From Clostridia bacterium (lineage in GTDB: Bacteria > Bacillota > Clostridia > TANB77 > CAG-508): DNA of 64,000 nucleotides. The notes beneath the pieces are model-generated. The model was not told the DNA's origin and made no database searches. It worked only from the letters and a program-made list of their open reading frames with translations. The stretch is taken from positions 6,126-70,125 of the forward strand of contig JAGAIV010000042.1 in NCBI GenBank assembly GCA_017626365.1, read 5' to 3'. Shown piece after piece: positions 1 to 10,256 of the stretch; the stretch's first letter is position 1; every line of letters begins with the position of its first letter. A program made the position numbers and the translations under genes.

Positions 1-734
1 TGGAGAAAGAAGAAAGAATTGATGATTTACAATATAAAGGACTAAAAATAATTCAAAATACAAATGGATTTTGCTTTGGAATTGATAGTATACTCTTATC
101 GAACTTTGCAAGTGAAATAAAAAAAGATAGCAAAGTAATTGATTTAGGAACAGGAACAGGAATTATAGGAATATTATTATGTGCAAAAACCAAAATTTCG
201 AAAATGGTGGGAGTTGAAATTCAAGAAGAAGTATATAAAATGGCAAAAAGAAGCATAGAATTAAATCATTTAGAAAATAAATTTAAAATGATAAATGCTA
301 ATATCAAAGAATTAGAAAACAAACTAGAAATGGGGACATTCGATGCAGTTGTTACTAATCCACCATATAAGAAAAACAACACAGGACTTCAAAATGAAAA
401 CGAAAAAAAGCTAATTTCAAGACATGAAATAACAGCGAATTTAGAAGATTTTATTAAAATAGCAGCAAAGCTTTTAAAAGATAAAAAAGACTTTTATATA
501 GTGCATCGTCCAGATAGACTAGTAGATATCATAGAACTATTAAGAAAATACAAACTAGAACCAAAAAAACTACAACTTGTTTATCCAAAACCCCAAAAAG
601 AGCCAAACTTATTACTAATAAAAGCAACGAAAAATGCAAAACCATTTTTAAAAATGGAAAAACCATTATATGTTTATAAAGAAAATGGAGAATATACAGA
701 TGAAATATTAAAAATATATGGAAAGGAGAACTAA
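1..734 (+). CDS. tRNA1(Val) A37 N6-methyltransferase (TrmN6/YabB family), 5'-truncated by window edge
   Basis: Frame is open from base 3 (EKEERIDDLQYKGLKIIQNTNGFCFGIDSILL..., DLGTGTG SAM motif) into the 204..734 ORF with the NPPY motif; lies directly upstream of rsmI as in Firmicutes. Confidence 0.9.
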   Translation, partial: EKEERIDDLQYKGLKIIQNTNGFCFGIDSILLSNFASEIKKDSKVIDLGTGTGIIGILLCAKTKISKMVGVEIQEEVYKMAKRSIELNHLENKFKMINANIKELENKLEMGTFDAVVTNPPYKKNNTGLQNENEKKLISRHEITANLEDFIKIAAKLLKDKKDFYIVHRPDRLVDIIELLRKYKLEPKKLQLVYPKPQKEPNLLLIKATKNAKPFLKMEKPLYVYKENGEYTDEILKIYGKEN

Positions 735-1571
735 ATGAGTGGAATATTATATATTGTTGCAACGCCAATTGGTAATTTAGAAGATATTACTCTAAGAGCA
801 ATTCGTATATTAAAAGAAGTAGATATAATAGCAGCAGAAGATACAAGACATACATTAAAATTGCTAAATCATTTAGAAATTACAAAGCCAATGATTAGTT
901 ACCATAGGCACAATGAAGAAATAAAAACAGATGAATTAATTCATCAATTATTAGAAGGAAAAAATATAGCATTAGTTTCCGATGCAGGAACCCCTGTTAT
1001 ATCAGACCCAGGAGAAGAAATTGTAAAAGTAGCGTTAGAACAAGATATCAAAGTAACTCCAATTCCAGGACCATGTGCATTAATTACAGCTCTAATTGCT
1101 TCCGGAATTGATGCAAAAGAATTTGCATTTTTAGGATTTTTACCATTAAATAAGAAAAATAGAAAAGAAAAATTAATCCAAATAGAAAAACAAGAAATAA
1201 CAAGTATATTATACGAAGCACCTCATAAGTTAATGCAAACATTAGAAGATCTAGTAGATATCACAAAGCAAAGAAAAATTGTACTAGCAAGAGAACTTAC
1301 TAAAATTCATGAAGAATGCATATATGGAACAGCAGAAGAATTATTAAATAAAATAAAAGAACCCAAAGGTGAATATGTAATAATAATAGAAAAAAATGAA
1401 AAAACAGAAATTCAAGAAGAAAAAGAAATGTTAAGCAAACTAACATTTGAAGAACATTATCATTACTATGAGAAAATAGGATTAAATAAAAAAGAAATTA
1501 TAAAGCAAATAGCAAAAGATAGAAATGTAAATAAAAATGAAATATATCAAAAATTTATAAATAAAGCGTAA
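735..1571 (+). CDS. rsmI: 16S rRNA (cytidine1402-2'-O)-methyltransferase
   Basis: LYIVATPIGNLEDITLRA, AEDTRHT, VSDAGTPVISDPG, ARELTKIHEE motifs. Confidence 0.97.
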   Translation: MSGILYIVATPIGNLEDITLRAIRILKEVDIIAAEDTRHTLKLLNHLEITKPMISYHRHNEEIKTDELIHQLLEGKNIALVSDAGTPVISDPGEEIVKVALEQDIKVTPIPGPCALITALIASGIDAKEFAFLGFLPLNKKNRKEKLIQIEKQEITSILYEAPHKLMQTLEDLVDITKQRKIVLARELTKIHEECIYGTAEELLNKIKEPKGEYVIIIEKNEKTEIQEEKEMLSKLTFEEHYHYYEKIGLNKKEIIKQIAKDRNVNKNEIYQKFINKA

Positions 1572-1588
1572 TCGATTGATTACGCTTT
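1563..1588. terminator. Bidirectional intrinsic terminator between rsmI and abrB
   Basis: AAAGCGTAATC-gatt-GATTACGCTTT inverted repeat between convergent genes. Confidence 0.8.
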
Positions 1589-1594
1589 TAATCA

Positions 1595-1849
1595 CTATAC
1601 ATTTTCAGTTAATTTATTAATTTTTTCAGCACACTTTGTGCAAACTAATTTATCATTATAAGAAACTAATTTTTTAGTAGCTCCACAAAAGATACAATTT
1701 GGTTCGTATTTTTTTAAAACAATTGAAGAACCATCTACAAAAATTTCGAGAGGATCTTTTTCATTAATTCCAAATTTATTTCTAAGTTCAATAGGTATAA
1801 CAACTCTTCCTAGTTCATCTACTCTTCTTATAATTCCAGTTGACTTCAT
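1595..1849 (-). CDS. abrB: AbrB/MazE/SpoVT family transition-state regulator
   Basis: MKSTGIIRRVDELGRVVIPIELR...CIFCG; true start ATG at 1849 preceded by an AGGAGGG RBS. Confidence 0.93.
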   Translation of the reverse strand: MKSTGIIRRVDELGRVVIPIELRNKFGINEKDPLEIFVDGSSIVLKKYEPNCIFCGATKKLVSYNDKLVCTKCAEKINKLTENV

Positions 1850-1879
1850 AATATCCCTCCTTTTAAACAAATAACAAAA

Positions 1880-1886
1880 TTCGACA
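1880..1886 (-). promoter_or_regulatory. Candidate Spo0A box upstream of abrB
   Basis: TGTCGAA on the minus strand about 30 nt upstream of the abrB start; matches the TGNCGAA consensus and the known Spo0A repression of abrB. Confidence 0.55.
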
Positions 1887-2060
1887 ATTTCCTTATAACA
1901 TAATATCTTAAAAAGAATAGAATTGTCAATAAAAACAAAACAAAACAGGAAAAAATTAGGAAAAATGGAAAACATTGAAAATCAATAGCTACTAGATATA
2001 AACAAAGTTCTTTTTTATAAAAAGTAGCATAAAATAGTTAAAAAAATGAGGAGAAAAACA

Positions 2061-2636
2061 TTGTTAAATATTATATGGCCAATTTTTATTATCATTTCCT
2101 ATTTATATGCCATTTGCGTAGGAAATGTATCGGAAATTAATCAATCTATTTTTGAATCTAGCAAAAGTGCAGTAGATTTAAGTATTACTTTTTTAGGAAC
2201 TATGTGTCTATGGACTGGAATCATGCGAATTGCCCAAAAAACCAGTCTAACAACCCAATTAACCAATTTATTAAAACCGATTATGAAAATACTATTTCCA
2301 GATATAAAAAGAGAAGATATAGCATATAAAGAAATAACAATGAACATAGTAGCCAATATCTTAGGATTAGGAAATGCAGCAACACCACTCGGATTAAAAG
2401 CAATGAAAACAATGCAAAAAACAAATCCTAAGAAAGATACACTAACGAATTCTATGGCAATGTTTATTATCATCAATACAGCATCCATTCAAATTATACC
2501 AACTACCGTAATTGCCATACGAAGTTCCTTGGGTTCTAACAATCCAACATCTATTATACTTCCTGTATGGATTGCAACCATTTGCGCAGCAGTAGCAGGA
2601 ACTGTCAGTGCAAAAATATTAATGAAAAAATATTAG
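2061..2636 (+). CDS. spmA: Spore maturation protein A
   Basis: LNIIWP..., ANILGLGNAATPLGLKAM motif; likely TTG start after a GAGGAG RBS. Confidence 0.93.
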   Translation: MLNIIWPIFIIISYLYAICVGNVSEINQSIFESSKSAVDLSITFLGTMCLWTGIMRIAQKTSLTTQLTNLLKPIMKILFPDIKREDIAYKEITMNIVANILGLGNAATPLGLKAMKTMQKTNPKKDTLTNSMAMFIIINTASIQIIPTTVIAIRSSLGSNNPTSIILPVWIATICAAVAGTVSAKILMKKY

Positions 2637-2645
2637 GAGATTAGT

Positions 2646-3173
2646 ATGAATATCATAAATTATTTATCTAACATGGCAGTTCCAATGGTAATATTATTTA
2701 TTATTATATATGGTGTTATAGAAAAAAATAAAGTATATGATACTTTTATAGAAGGAGCAAAAGAAGGAATACAAGTTGTTGTTAATATATTTCCAACTTT
2801 AATTGGAATATTCTTAGCAGTAGGAGCATTAAGAAGTTCTGGTTTAGTGGAATTAATTATTAACATTTTAAAACCGATTCTTCAAATATTTGAAATACCA
2901 GCGGAAATTATGCCACTTGCTTTATTAAGACCAATATCAGGAAGTGCTTCAATGGCAGTAGCTACTGACATTATTTCAAAACATGGAGCAGATAGCGTAA
3001 TAGGATTAATTGCCTCTACTATTATGGGATCAACAGAAACTACTTTTTATACAATTGCTTTATATACAAGTGCTGTTGGAATAAAAAAAACACGTTTTGT
3101 ATTAATATCGGCATTAATTGCAGATATTACTGGAATGCTTGTTTCTGTTGCAATTTGTCGTTTTATGTCGTAA
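2646..3173 (+). CDS. spmB: Spore maturation protein B
   Basis: FIEGAKEG, LALLRPISGSAS, STIMGSTETTFY motifs; follows spmA. Confidence 0.95.
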   Translation: MNIINYLSNMAVPMVILFIIIYGVIEKNKVYDTFIEGAKEGIQVVVNIFPTLIGIFLAVGALRSSGLVELIINILKPILQIFEIPAEIMPLALLRPISGSASMAVATDIISKHGADSVIGLIASTIMGSTETTFYTIALYTSAVGIKKTRFVLISALIADITGMLVSVAICRFMS

Positions 3174-3603
3174 TTTTTTTGTTGACATATGTGGAAAAAA
3201 GTGGTAATATAAAAAAGTATTAAGTCAGCAGAATATATTCAATTTGATTTAATTTATAACTCAAAAATTTTTCTATCAGAAAAATATCTTAAGAATTCTT
3301 AAAAAATCCAGAGAAAGTAGAATTAAATAAAAACTACAAAATAAGATAATTATTATCTTATTATTCTATTAATGTCATTAAACTTGTAGGGGATATTATA
3401 ATATAATTTGTAAAAACATCTCTCAACAAATAATAGCCCAAAACATTTCATTTAATCACAATAAAAGGTTCCTAAAATGTTTCAAACTCCCAATTGTACG
3501 GAAAAATTTTAAAAATCCCCAAAAAAGAAAATATCCCCTACACCCCCAAAAAAGAATATATATATATTTATTTATTTCAATATTAAAGTGCTTTAATTCT
3601 AGC

Positions 3604-3648
3604 AAAAAGCATCTCATTAAACATTCTAACGTTTAAGAGATGCTTTTT
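3604..3648. terminator. Intrinsic terminator hairpin
   Basis: AAAAAGCATCTC...GAGATGCTTTTT inverted repeat just past the stop of the small minus-strand ORF 3657..3836. Confidence 0.65.
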
Positions 3649-3656
3649 TCTTTACA

Positions 3657-3836
3657 CTACAAACCTTTATTGTATGCAATATGGTTCTTATCTAAAAAAG
3701 AAATAATAGGATCTTTTTCAGAATCTTCAAGCAAACTTGGAAACTGCAAATCACCAGCAGTATCAATCCAAGCAACAGGTTCATCATTTTCCTTAATGAT
3801 CTTAATACCGCCAACACAAGAAGTAACAGAAAACAT
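3657..3836 (-). CDS. Small hypothetical protein (59 aa, not in ORF track)
   Basis: MFSVTSCVGGIKIIKENDEPVAWIDTAGDLQFPSLLEDSEKDPIISFLDKNHIAYNKGL*; purine-rich RBS region upstream, terminator downstream. Confidence 0.55.
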   Translation of the reverse strand: MFSVTSCVGGIKIIKENDEPVAWIDTAGDLQFPSLLEDSEKDPIISFLDKNHIAYNKGL

Positions 3837-4065
3837 GAATCATACCATAACCTTTCCTCATCTATTATCAATAGATGGCAACGATAAATACTATATATAT
3901 ATATTTAAATATATATGCAGAAAGAAAAAAAATATGACATATTTGAAACAGAAACAAGTAGAAAATTTTGTCAAAAAATCTGTAACAAATAAAATGTAAC
4001 AGCAGTCATAAGAGATAGATTTATAAAAAAAATCTAAGAATATATTTAGCGTAATATAAGTAAAA

Positions 4066-4154
4066 AACGAAAAGTGAATAGTTAAGAGTACAAACTTGCC
4101 TATTATTTTTCTAATTTGAGCAAGCGATATACTCTTAACTATTCACTTTTCGTT
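4066..4154. repeat. Long perfect inverted repeat (25-bp arms) downstream of tRNA-Arg
   Basis: AACGAAAAGTGAATAGTTAAGAGTA (4066-4090) and TACTCTTAACTATTCACTTTTCGTT (4130-4154). Confidence 0.85.
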
Positions 4155-4172
4155 CTTGCCGTAAGGCAAATT

Positions 4173-4249
<77 letters not shown>

Positions 4250-4383
4250 ATATAATGCAGTAATTATAATAGCACAAAATTATATCAGTGTCAAGGAATC
4301 TAGCAAAAAAAGTGAAAATGAATAGCAATTATTCACAAAATAGTGTAAAATGGTAATAGACTTTTAAGAAAAAGGAGAAAAAT

Positions 4384-5061
4384 GTGGAAAACAAATTCTC
4401 ATTAAAACAGATATTATGGTATTTTACATTTTTTAGTATTATTGGATTAATAGTAGAAACCCTATTTTGCTATATAACAACTGGAGTATTAGAAAGTAGA
4501 AAAGGGTTAATATGGGGACCATTTTGTCCAGTTTATGGAGTAGGAGCAACATTTTTAATTTTAATATTAAATAAATATAAAGATAATTCATTAAAATTAT
4601 TTTTTATTGGAAGTATTTTAGGAAATGTCATAGAATATTTATTAAGTTTTTTATTAGAAGCATATTATGGAACGAGATTTTGGGATTATTCCTATTTAAA
4701 TTGGAATTTAAACGGAAGAATTTGTATTCTATATTCTATTTATTGGGGAATACTTTCATTTGTATTAGTAAAATGGATAAAAAAGCCAATAGATAAAATA
4801 ATAAAAAAAATACCAAATTCAAAAATACTTCATATTGCTGTATTATTATTTTTTATTATAGACGGACTTGCTACAATATGGGCAATTACAGTATATCAAA
4901 AAAGAATAGAGTATTATAATGTAGAAAATAATATAAAAGAAAATTTTATTGAAAAAACACTATTTTCAAATGAAATAATGGTAAAAACATTTCCGAATCT
5001 TCGCTATATAGAAGCAGACGGAACCGAAAAATATATAAAAGATATTATAAACGCGAATTAA
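4384..5061 (+). CDS. Putative ABC-transporter permease (CmpB-like membrane protein)
   Basis: GLIWGPFCPVYGVGA, RFWDYS, NLNGRIC motifs; multiple TM helices. Confidence 0.85.
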   Translation: MENKFSLKQILWYFTFFSIIGLIVETLFCYITTGVLESRKGLIWGPFCPVYGVGATFLILILNKYKDNSLKLFFIGSILGNVIEYLLSFLLEAYYGTRFWDYSYLNWNLNGRICILYSIYWGILSFVLVKWIKKPIDKIIKKIPNSKILHIAVLLFFIIDGLATIWAITVYQKRIEYYNVENNIKENFIEKTLFSNEIMVKTFPNLRYIEADGTEKYIKDIINAN

Positions 5062-5079
5062 TTTATTAATTCGCGTTTA
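5048..5079. terminator. Bidirectional terminator
   Basis: TAAACGCGAATTAA...TTAATTCGCGTTTA spanning both stop codons of convergent genes. Confidence 0.8.
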
Positions 5080-5869
5080 ATAATTTATCTAAAATTTTAT
5101 CAATTTCAACAAAAGAAGAATCACCTGTTAAAACAATATCAAAAGCTTTTTTATAATGCTCTAAATTTTCACTAACACGATTTTCTAAAAAACCAAAAGA
5201 TATAACATTTTGAACATCTTGTCCTTTTACCATATTTAAATCTTCGATTAAATCTCCAAACAATAAAATATAATCTTTTGATAAAACTTCTTTTTTTAAA
5301 TGTAAAGGTAAACGGTTGATAGATTTATTTGAAGTATGAATCATGCTATCACTAAAAGGTAACATATTATTATTTTCAAATTGAATAAAATTAGAAGTCA
5401 CGTGAATATTAGAATAAAAGCAATTATTTTGCTTTAACAATTCAATAATAACATTTCCAATTCCAGCAGATAAAATAATAACGGGGATTTGTAATTCATT
5501 TAATTTCTTTAAAAAATCTTTACAACCTCTATGAAATTTAATATGACTATCTTTTACACAATCCAATAAAATAGAATTTGTAAGATTATATTCATATAAT
5601 AAATCCATGTTTTTGTGATACCATTCATCCATATACTTTGCTTTTGTTTTTTCTGAAATAGAATAATCTAGTTCATAAGGATAATAAGCATCTACTAAAG
5701 ATTTTGTTTCCTCTTTAAATTTAGGATTCATAAATTTAGGATTTTCTAAAACAGCCCAAGAACCAAGGCTATCACTAGTAGTTATCGTACGGTCAAAATC
5801 CATTAATACAATAAAATTATTATATGTTAAAGAAATATTTTTTAATTTTTCTTCTTTTATATATAACAT
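5066..5869 (-). CDS. HAD-superfamily pyrimidine 5'-nucleotidase (UMPH-1/NT5C3-like)
   Basis: DFDRTIT motif I, YYPYELD..EK.KYMDEWY, ILSAGIGNVI, HVTSNFI, LFGDLIEDLNM, FGFL, FDIVL. Confidence 0.82.
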   Translation of the reverse strand: MLYIKEEKLKNISLTYNNFIVLMDFDRTITTSDSLGSWAVLENPKFMNPKFKEETKSLVDAYYPYELDYSISEKTKAKYMDEWYHKNMDLLYEYNLTNSILLDCVKDSHIKFHRGCKDFLKKLNELQIPVIILSAGIGNVIIELLKQNNCFYSNIHVTSNFIQFENNNMLPFSDSMIHTSNKSINRLPLHLKKEVLSKDYILLFGDLIEDLNMVKGQDVQNVISFGFLENRVSENLEHYKKAFDIVLTGDSSFVEIDKILDKLLNAN

Positions 5870-5886
5870 AATTTAATCTCCATATT

Positions 5887-6174
5887 TTAAGGTAACTGAA
5901 TTTTCGAATTCTTTTTTCTAGCGCGATATAAAGTGATTTTATTACCAATTACTTGTACTACATCCGAATGAGTAGAAGAAGCAAGCTCTTCTGCTAAAGC
6001 GCGATTATCTTCAGGTGCTGTTTCTAACACAGATAATTTAATTAATTCACGAGCCTCCAAAGCATCATCCACTTGTTTAATTAAATTATCATTGATTCCA
6101 TTTTTCCCAATTTGCAAAATTGCATTCAAAGAATTTGCAAAACTTCGTAAATAAGCTCTTTGTTTACTGGTCAT
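5887..6174 (-). CDS. yhbY: CRM-domain RNA-binding protein YhbY
   Basis: MTSKQRAYLRS.A..L..ILQIGKNG, ARELIKLSVL, VQVIG. Confidence 0.95.
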   Translation of the reverse strand: MTSKQRAYLRSFANSLNAILQIGKNGINDNLIKQVDDALEARELIKLSVLETAPEDNRALAEELASSTHSDVVQVIGNKITLYRARKKNSKIQLP

Positions 6175-6305
6175 ATTTTTCTCCTTTTAACATCATAAAT
6201 TTGTAAAAACATTATACAACTAAAAATCGAAGGACGCAAGTATAAAACAGTAGAGAAAAGGCCCTTTAATTAAGAGCGATACCGTTGATAGGAGACTGAG
6301 GGTTC

Positions 6306-6935
6306 TTATACTATTTTTATAAAAAATGAAATTAAACCAATTATACCAAAAATTAAAAATAAAATACCAGATAATAAATTCATTGTTTTTTCAGAAACTT
6401 TATGGCTTAAAAATTTTCCAAATAAAATTGCAATGGAATCACTAAGAACCATTCCTAAAATAGCGCCAAGAATTAAGAATAATTTAGAATTTGGATGACT
6501 AATTCCAAGGCCAAGGGAAGCTAAAAAAGTTTTATCACCCAATTCACCAATAGCAATACTAAAGGCAATCATCAAAACATAACCTATTGGTAAGCTTGAA
6601 ATAGTATGTAAAAAGCCACTTTTACTAGAAGAGCCAGACTCTCTTTCTTCTCTTTGTAAAATAGTAAAAATACCAAAAAAAATAAAAGAAAGATAAGTAA
6701 TAAATTGTAATAAAGTATGAATTACAGGATTATTAAAATTACCAATAGCACTACCAAACAAAATAGCAATTCCATGGCTAAAAAAAGAACCTAATGCTAC
6801 ACCAAGTAAAATGCTATAACTTTTTAATTTAGAAGAAAAAGACAAAACTAAAAGTTGTGTCTTATCCCCAAGTTCAGATAAAAAAATTAGAAAAAAAGAA
6901 AAGAAAAAAGGGTATAAAAAGTTCATATTAAACAC
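6306..6935 (-). CDS. TMEM165/GDT1 (UPF0016) Ca2+/Mn2+ transporter
   Basis: Two ELGDKT motifs; TM protein. Confidence 0.93.
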   Translation of the reverse strand: MFNMNFLYPFFFSFFLIFLSELGDKTQLLVLSFSSKLKSYSILLGVALGSFFSHGIAILFGSAIGNFNNPVIHTLLQFITYLSFIFFGIFTILQREERESGSSSKSGFLHTISSLPIGYVLMIAFSIAIGELGDKTFLASLGLGISHPNSKLFLILGAILGMVLSDSIAILFGKFLSHKVSEKTMNLLSGILFLIFGIIGLISFFIKIV

Positions 6936-7108
6936 TCCTATCGTGATTAATAACTATTCCCAAAAACAAAAAATATGACGACATACAAAAAACGACAAAG
7001 ATAGACAGCCGTAAGAATTGTAAATTTTTTGTGAACGTTAAGTGTAAAATATTGAAATTCAAAAATATACGTGATAGTATCAAAAAAAATAAAAAGGAGG
7101 AAAAGGAT

Positions 7109-8062
7109 TTGATAGAGCTAAAAAATGTGACCAAAAAATACGGAAACTTTCTTGCTGTTGATGATATCAGCTTTAATATTGAAGAAGGAGAAATAGTTGG
7201 ATTATTAGGTCCAAATGGTGCAGGAAAAAGTACTACAATGAATATGATAACAGGCTTTATAGAACCAACAAACGGTGAAATTATAATAGGAGGATATGAT
7301 GTTCTAAAAAATCCTATCAAAGCAAAAAAACAAATAGGCTATATGCCAGAAGGTGTTCCACTATATAATGATTTAACCGTAAAAGAATTTGTTCGTTATA
7401 TGGCAGATTTAAAAATGGTTTCAAAACAAGAAAAAAAACAAAGAATAAAAGAAGTACTTGAAAAAACAAATCTAACAGAAGTTCAAAACAAATTAATTAA
7501 AAATCTATCAAGAGGATATAAACAGCGTGTAAGTCTAGCAGGAGCTTTAGTATCAAATCCTAAAATATTGATTTTAGATGAGCCGACCGTAGGACTTGAT
7601 CCAAAACAAATTACCGAAATTAGAGAATTAATAAAGTCATTAGGAAAAGAGCATACGGTTATACTAAGTTCACACATATTATCAGAAGTTAGTCAAATTT
7701 GCAAAAAAGTAATTATCATTAATAAAGGAAAAATTGTTGCAATTGATACGCCACAAAACTTAGAAAATAAAACAAATAAAGGAAGTATCATAAAACTTAT
7801 CATAGAAGATGAAACAAATCAGATAGAAAAAATAGCAAAAACAATAACAGGAATTAAACAAATCAACTTTATAAAAGACAATGAAGATGGAACCAAAGAA
7901 TATACCATCATTACAGAAGAAAAAACAGATATCAGAAAAGAATTATTTGCAAAATGTGCGAAAGAACAAATGACAATCTTTGAACTAAAAAAATCAGAAG
8001 CAACCCTAGAAGATGCATTTATGAAACTAATTGGAAACCAAGAAGAGGAGGTAGATAACTAA
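7109..8062 (+). CDS. ABC transporter ATP-binding protein (GldA-like)
   Basis: GPNGAGKST, LSRGYKQRV, ILDEPTVGLDP; likely TTG start after an AGGAGG RBS. Confidence 0.93.
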   Translation: MIELKNVTKKYGNFLAVDDISFNIEEGEIVGLLGPNGAGKSTTMNMITGFIEPTNGEIIIGGYDVLKNPIKAKKQIGYMPEGVPLYNDLTVKEFVRYMADLKMVSKQEKKQRIKEVLEKTNLTEVQNKLIKNLSRGYKQRVSLAGALVSNPKILILDEPTVGLDPKQITEIRELIKSLGKEHTVILSSHILSEVSQICKKVIIINKGKIVAIDTPQNLENKTNKGSIIKLIIEDETNQIEKIAKTITGIKQINFIKDNEDGTKEYTIITEEKTDIRKELFAKCAKEQMTIFELKKSEATLEDAFMKLIGNQEEEVDN

Positions 8063-8742
8063 TGTGGGCTATTATTAAAAAAGAAGTAAAAAGTTATTTT
8101 TTATCTCCAATAGGATATGTGTTTATAGGCTTATTTTTAGCAATGTGTAGCGTATTTTTTTATTTAGATGTAGTCTATTATGGAAGCTTACAATTTGAAA
8201 ACATGTTCTATTCTGCTTCAACTATATTAACTTTCATAGTGCCAATCCTAACAATGAGAATGTTTGCAGAAGAAAGAAAAGTAGGAACAGAGCAATTACT
8301 ATACACCTCTCCAATCAGTGTTACTAAAATTGTGCTTGGAAAATTTATAGCAGCATTGATTGTAATTATAATTACCGAAATCTGTACGCTATTTTATTTA
8401 GGCATTTTATACTGTTTCGGAACACCACATATACAAACAATACTTGTAACCTTACTTGGTTTCTTTATGCTTAGTATGGCATATATTTCATTTGGAATGT
8501 TTGCTTCTAGCATAACAGAAAATCAAATCATTGCGGGAGTAATAACAATTGGATTTTTTATCATAAGTTGGTTTTTACCAAACTTTAGTGAAATTTTGGC
8601 TCCACTTTCATTAATCAATATGTTTAACAAATTTCCATCTGGACTAATTGCAATCGAAGAAATTGCAACATATATAACTTTTACTCTATTTTTTGTAATA
8701 CTTACCATTATTGTATTACAAAGAAGAAAAAGTGTGAAATAG
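8062..8742 (+). CDS. ABC-2 type permease (GldF-like)
   Basis: KKEVKSYFLSPIGY, TMRMFAEERKVGTEQLLYTSP, VLGKF. Confidence 0.9.
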   Translation: MWAIIKKEVKSYFLSPIGYVFIGLFLAMCSVFFYLDVVYYGSLQFENMFYSASTILTFIVPILTMRMFAEERKVGTEQLLYTSPISVTKIVLGKFIAALIVIIITEICTLFYLGILYCFGTPHIQTILVTLLGFFMLSMAYISFGMFASSITENQIIAGVITIGFFIISWFLPNFSEILAPLSLINMFNKFPSGLIAIEEIATYITFTLFFVILTIIVLQRRKSVK

Positions 8743-8758
8743 AAAGGAGTGGAAAAAA

Positions 8759-10213
8759 GTGAAAAAAATAATAGAAAACATAAAGAAAAAATGGATTAGA
8801 GATACTGTTAAAACTACTATTATGATTATTATTCTTTTTGCAGTATTTATTGGGATCAATGTTGTTATTCAAAAGTTAGATTTACAGGATATAGATATTA
8901 CACAAAATCAATTATTTACTTTATCTGAAATTTCTAAGAAACAAGTGCAAAATATTGAAAAAGAAGTAACAATATATCTAATTGGATTTGATGGAGAAAA
9001 TTCATTATCAGACCTTGCAAAACAATATACGCAAACAAATGACAAAATTAAAACAGAAACAATTGAAAATATTGAAACAAGAGCAGATTTAAAATCAAAA
9101 TATAATATTACAGATGAAACTCAAGTTATCATTATTGAAACAGATGAAAATAGTAAAATACTAACAACAGATGATTTATATACGTATGATTATACTACAT
9201 ACCAACAAATAGATATTTCAGAAGAGAAATTAACAAATGCTATAGCAGACCTAACAAAAAACTCGAGACCTAAAATTTATTTTCTAACGGGGCATAACGA
9301 ATATAACTTAAGCAATGAATTGACTATGCTAAATGCATATTTAATAAATGAGATAAATGATGTGGAAACTTTAGATTTATTAGTAACAGGTAAAATTCCA
9401 GATGATACAAGTTTAATTATTATAGGAAGTCCTACAAAAGACTTTATGGATCAAGAAGTAGAAATTCTAACAAACTATATCAATCAAGGCGGAAAAATAT
9501 TATGGATGAATGATCCAGTATTAAGCGAAGAAAAATTTCCTAATATGCAAAAAATATTAGATTTATTTGGAGCATCTTTCCAAGACGGAATTATATTAGA
9601 ACAAGATGAAACAAAAATGGCATTACAATCACCAAATTACATCATACCTAATATTGCCACAACAAATGCAACAAAAGATATTGCAACAGATGGAGGAATA
9701 TTATTAGTAAATGCAACAAAGATAAAATTAGCTAGTGATGAAGAATTAGATAACTTAAATGTTATACCAGAAGTAATATTAACAACATCAGAAGAAGCTT
9801 TATTTAGAACAGAAGTAACCAATACAACATCCTCTAAAATAGAAACAGATGAACAGGGAAGTTTTATTTTAGGAGTAAAATTAACAAAAATAATTGAGCA
9901 AGACGAAAACGAAAAACAAGCAACGCTATACATGCTTTCAAATAACTTTTTTATATCAGACTATCAAGTAACAATCGGCAATAGTAAAGTATCTCCAATA
10001 TCATTTTATAATAATAAAGATTATATTTTAAACACAATTGCAGAACTAACTGAAAATGAAGATACTATATCGATCAGAAAAGATACAGGAGTTGTTACAT
10101 ATACTGCAACAGAAGCACAAGACAACATGATAAAAATAGCCATTACTATATTTCCAACAGCTATTATAATAATTGGAATCATAGTATGGGTAATGAGAAG
10201 AAAGAAAAAATAA
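8759..10213 (+). CDS. GldG-family ABC accessory protein
   Basis: DITQNQLFTLS, KIYFLTGHNE, N- and C-terminal TM anchors; third gene of the ABC operon. Confidence 0.87.
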   Translation: MKKIIENIKKKWIRDTVKTTIMIIILFAVFIGINVVIQKLDLQDIDITQNQLFTLSEISKKQVQNIEKEVTIYLIGFDGENSLSDLAKQYTQTNDKIKTETIENIETRADLKSKYNITDETQVIIIETDENSKILTTDDLYTYDYTTYQQIDISEEKLTNAIADLTKNSRPKIYFLTGHNEYNLSNELTMLNAYLINEINDVETLDLLVTGKIPDDTSLIIIGSPTKDFMDQEVEILTNYINQGGKILWMNDPVLSEEKFPNMQKILDLFGASFQDGIILEQDETKMALQSPNYIIPNIATTNATKDIATDGGILLVNATKIKLASDEELDNLNVIPEVILTTSEEALFRTEVTNTTSSKIETDEQGSFILGVKLTKIIEQDENEKQATLYMLSNNFFISDYQVTIGNSKVSPISFYNNKDYILNTIAELTENEDTISIRKDTGVVTYTATEAQDNMIKIAITIFPTAIIIIGIIVWVMRRKKK

Positions 10214-10256
10214 TAAATTAAAAAACCTCTCATATTAATTAATATGGGAGGTTTTT

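Noticed and set aside
3640-3999. Plus-strand 119-aa ORF
   Set aside because: No RBS, overlaps a terminator and an AT-dinucleotide run; the minus-strand 59-aa ORF has better signals.
6936-7030. Possible yybP-ykoY Mn riboswitch upstream of the GDT1-family transporter
   Set aside because: Expected from gene family but I could not recognise the conserved motif in this short leader.
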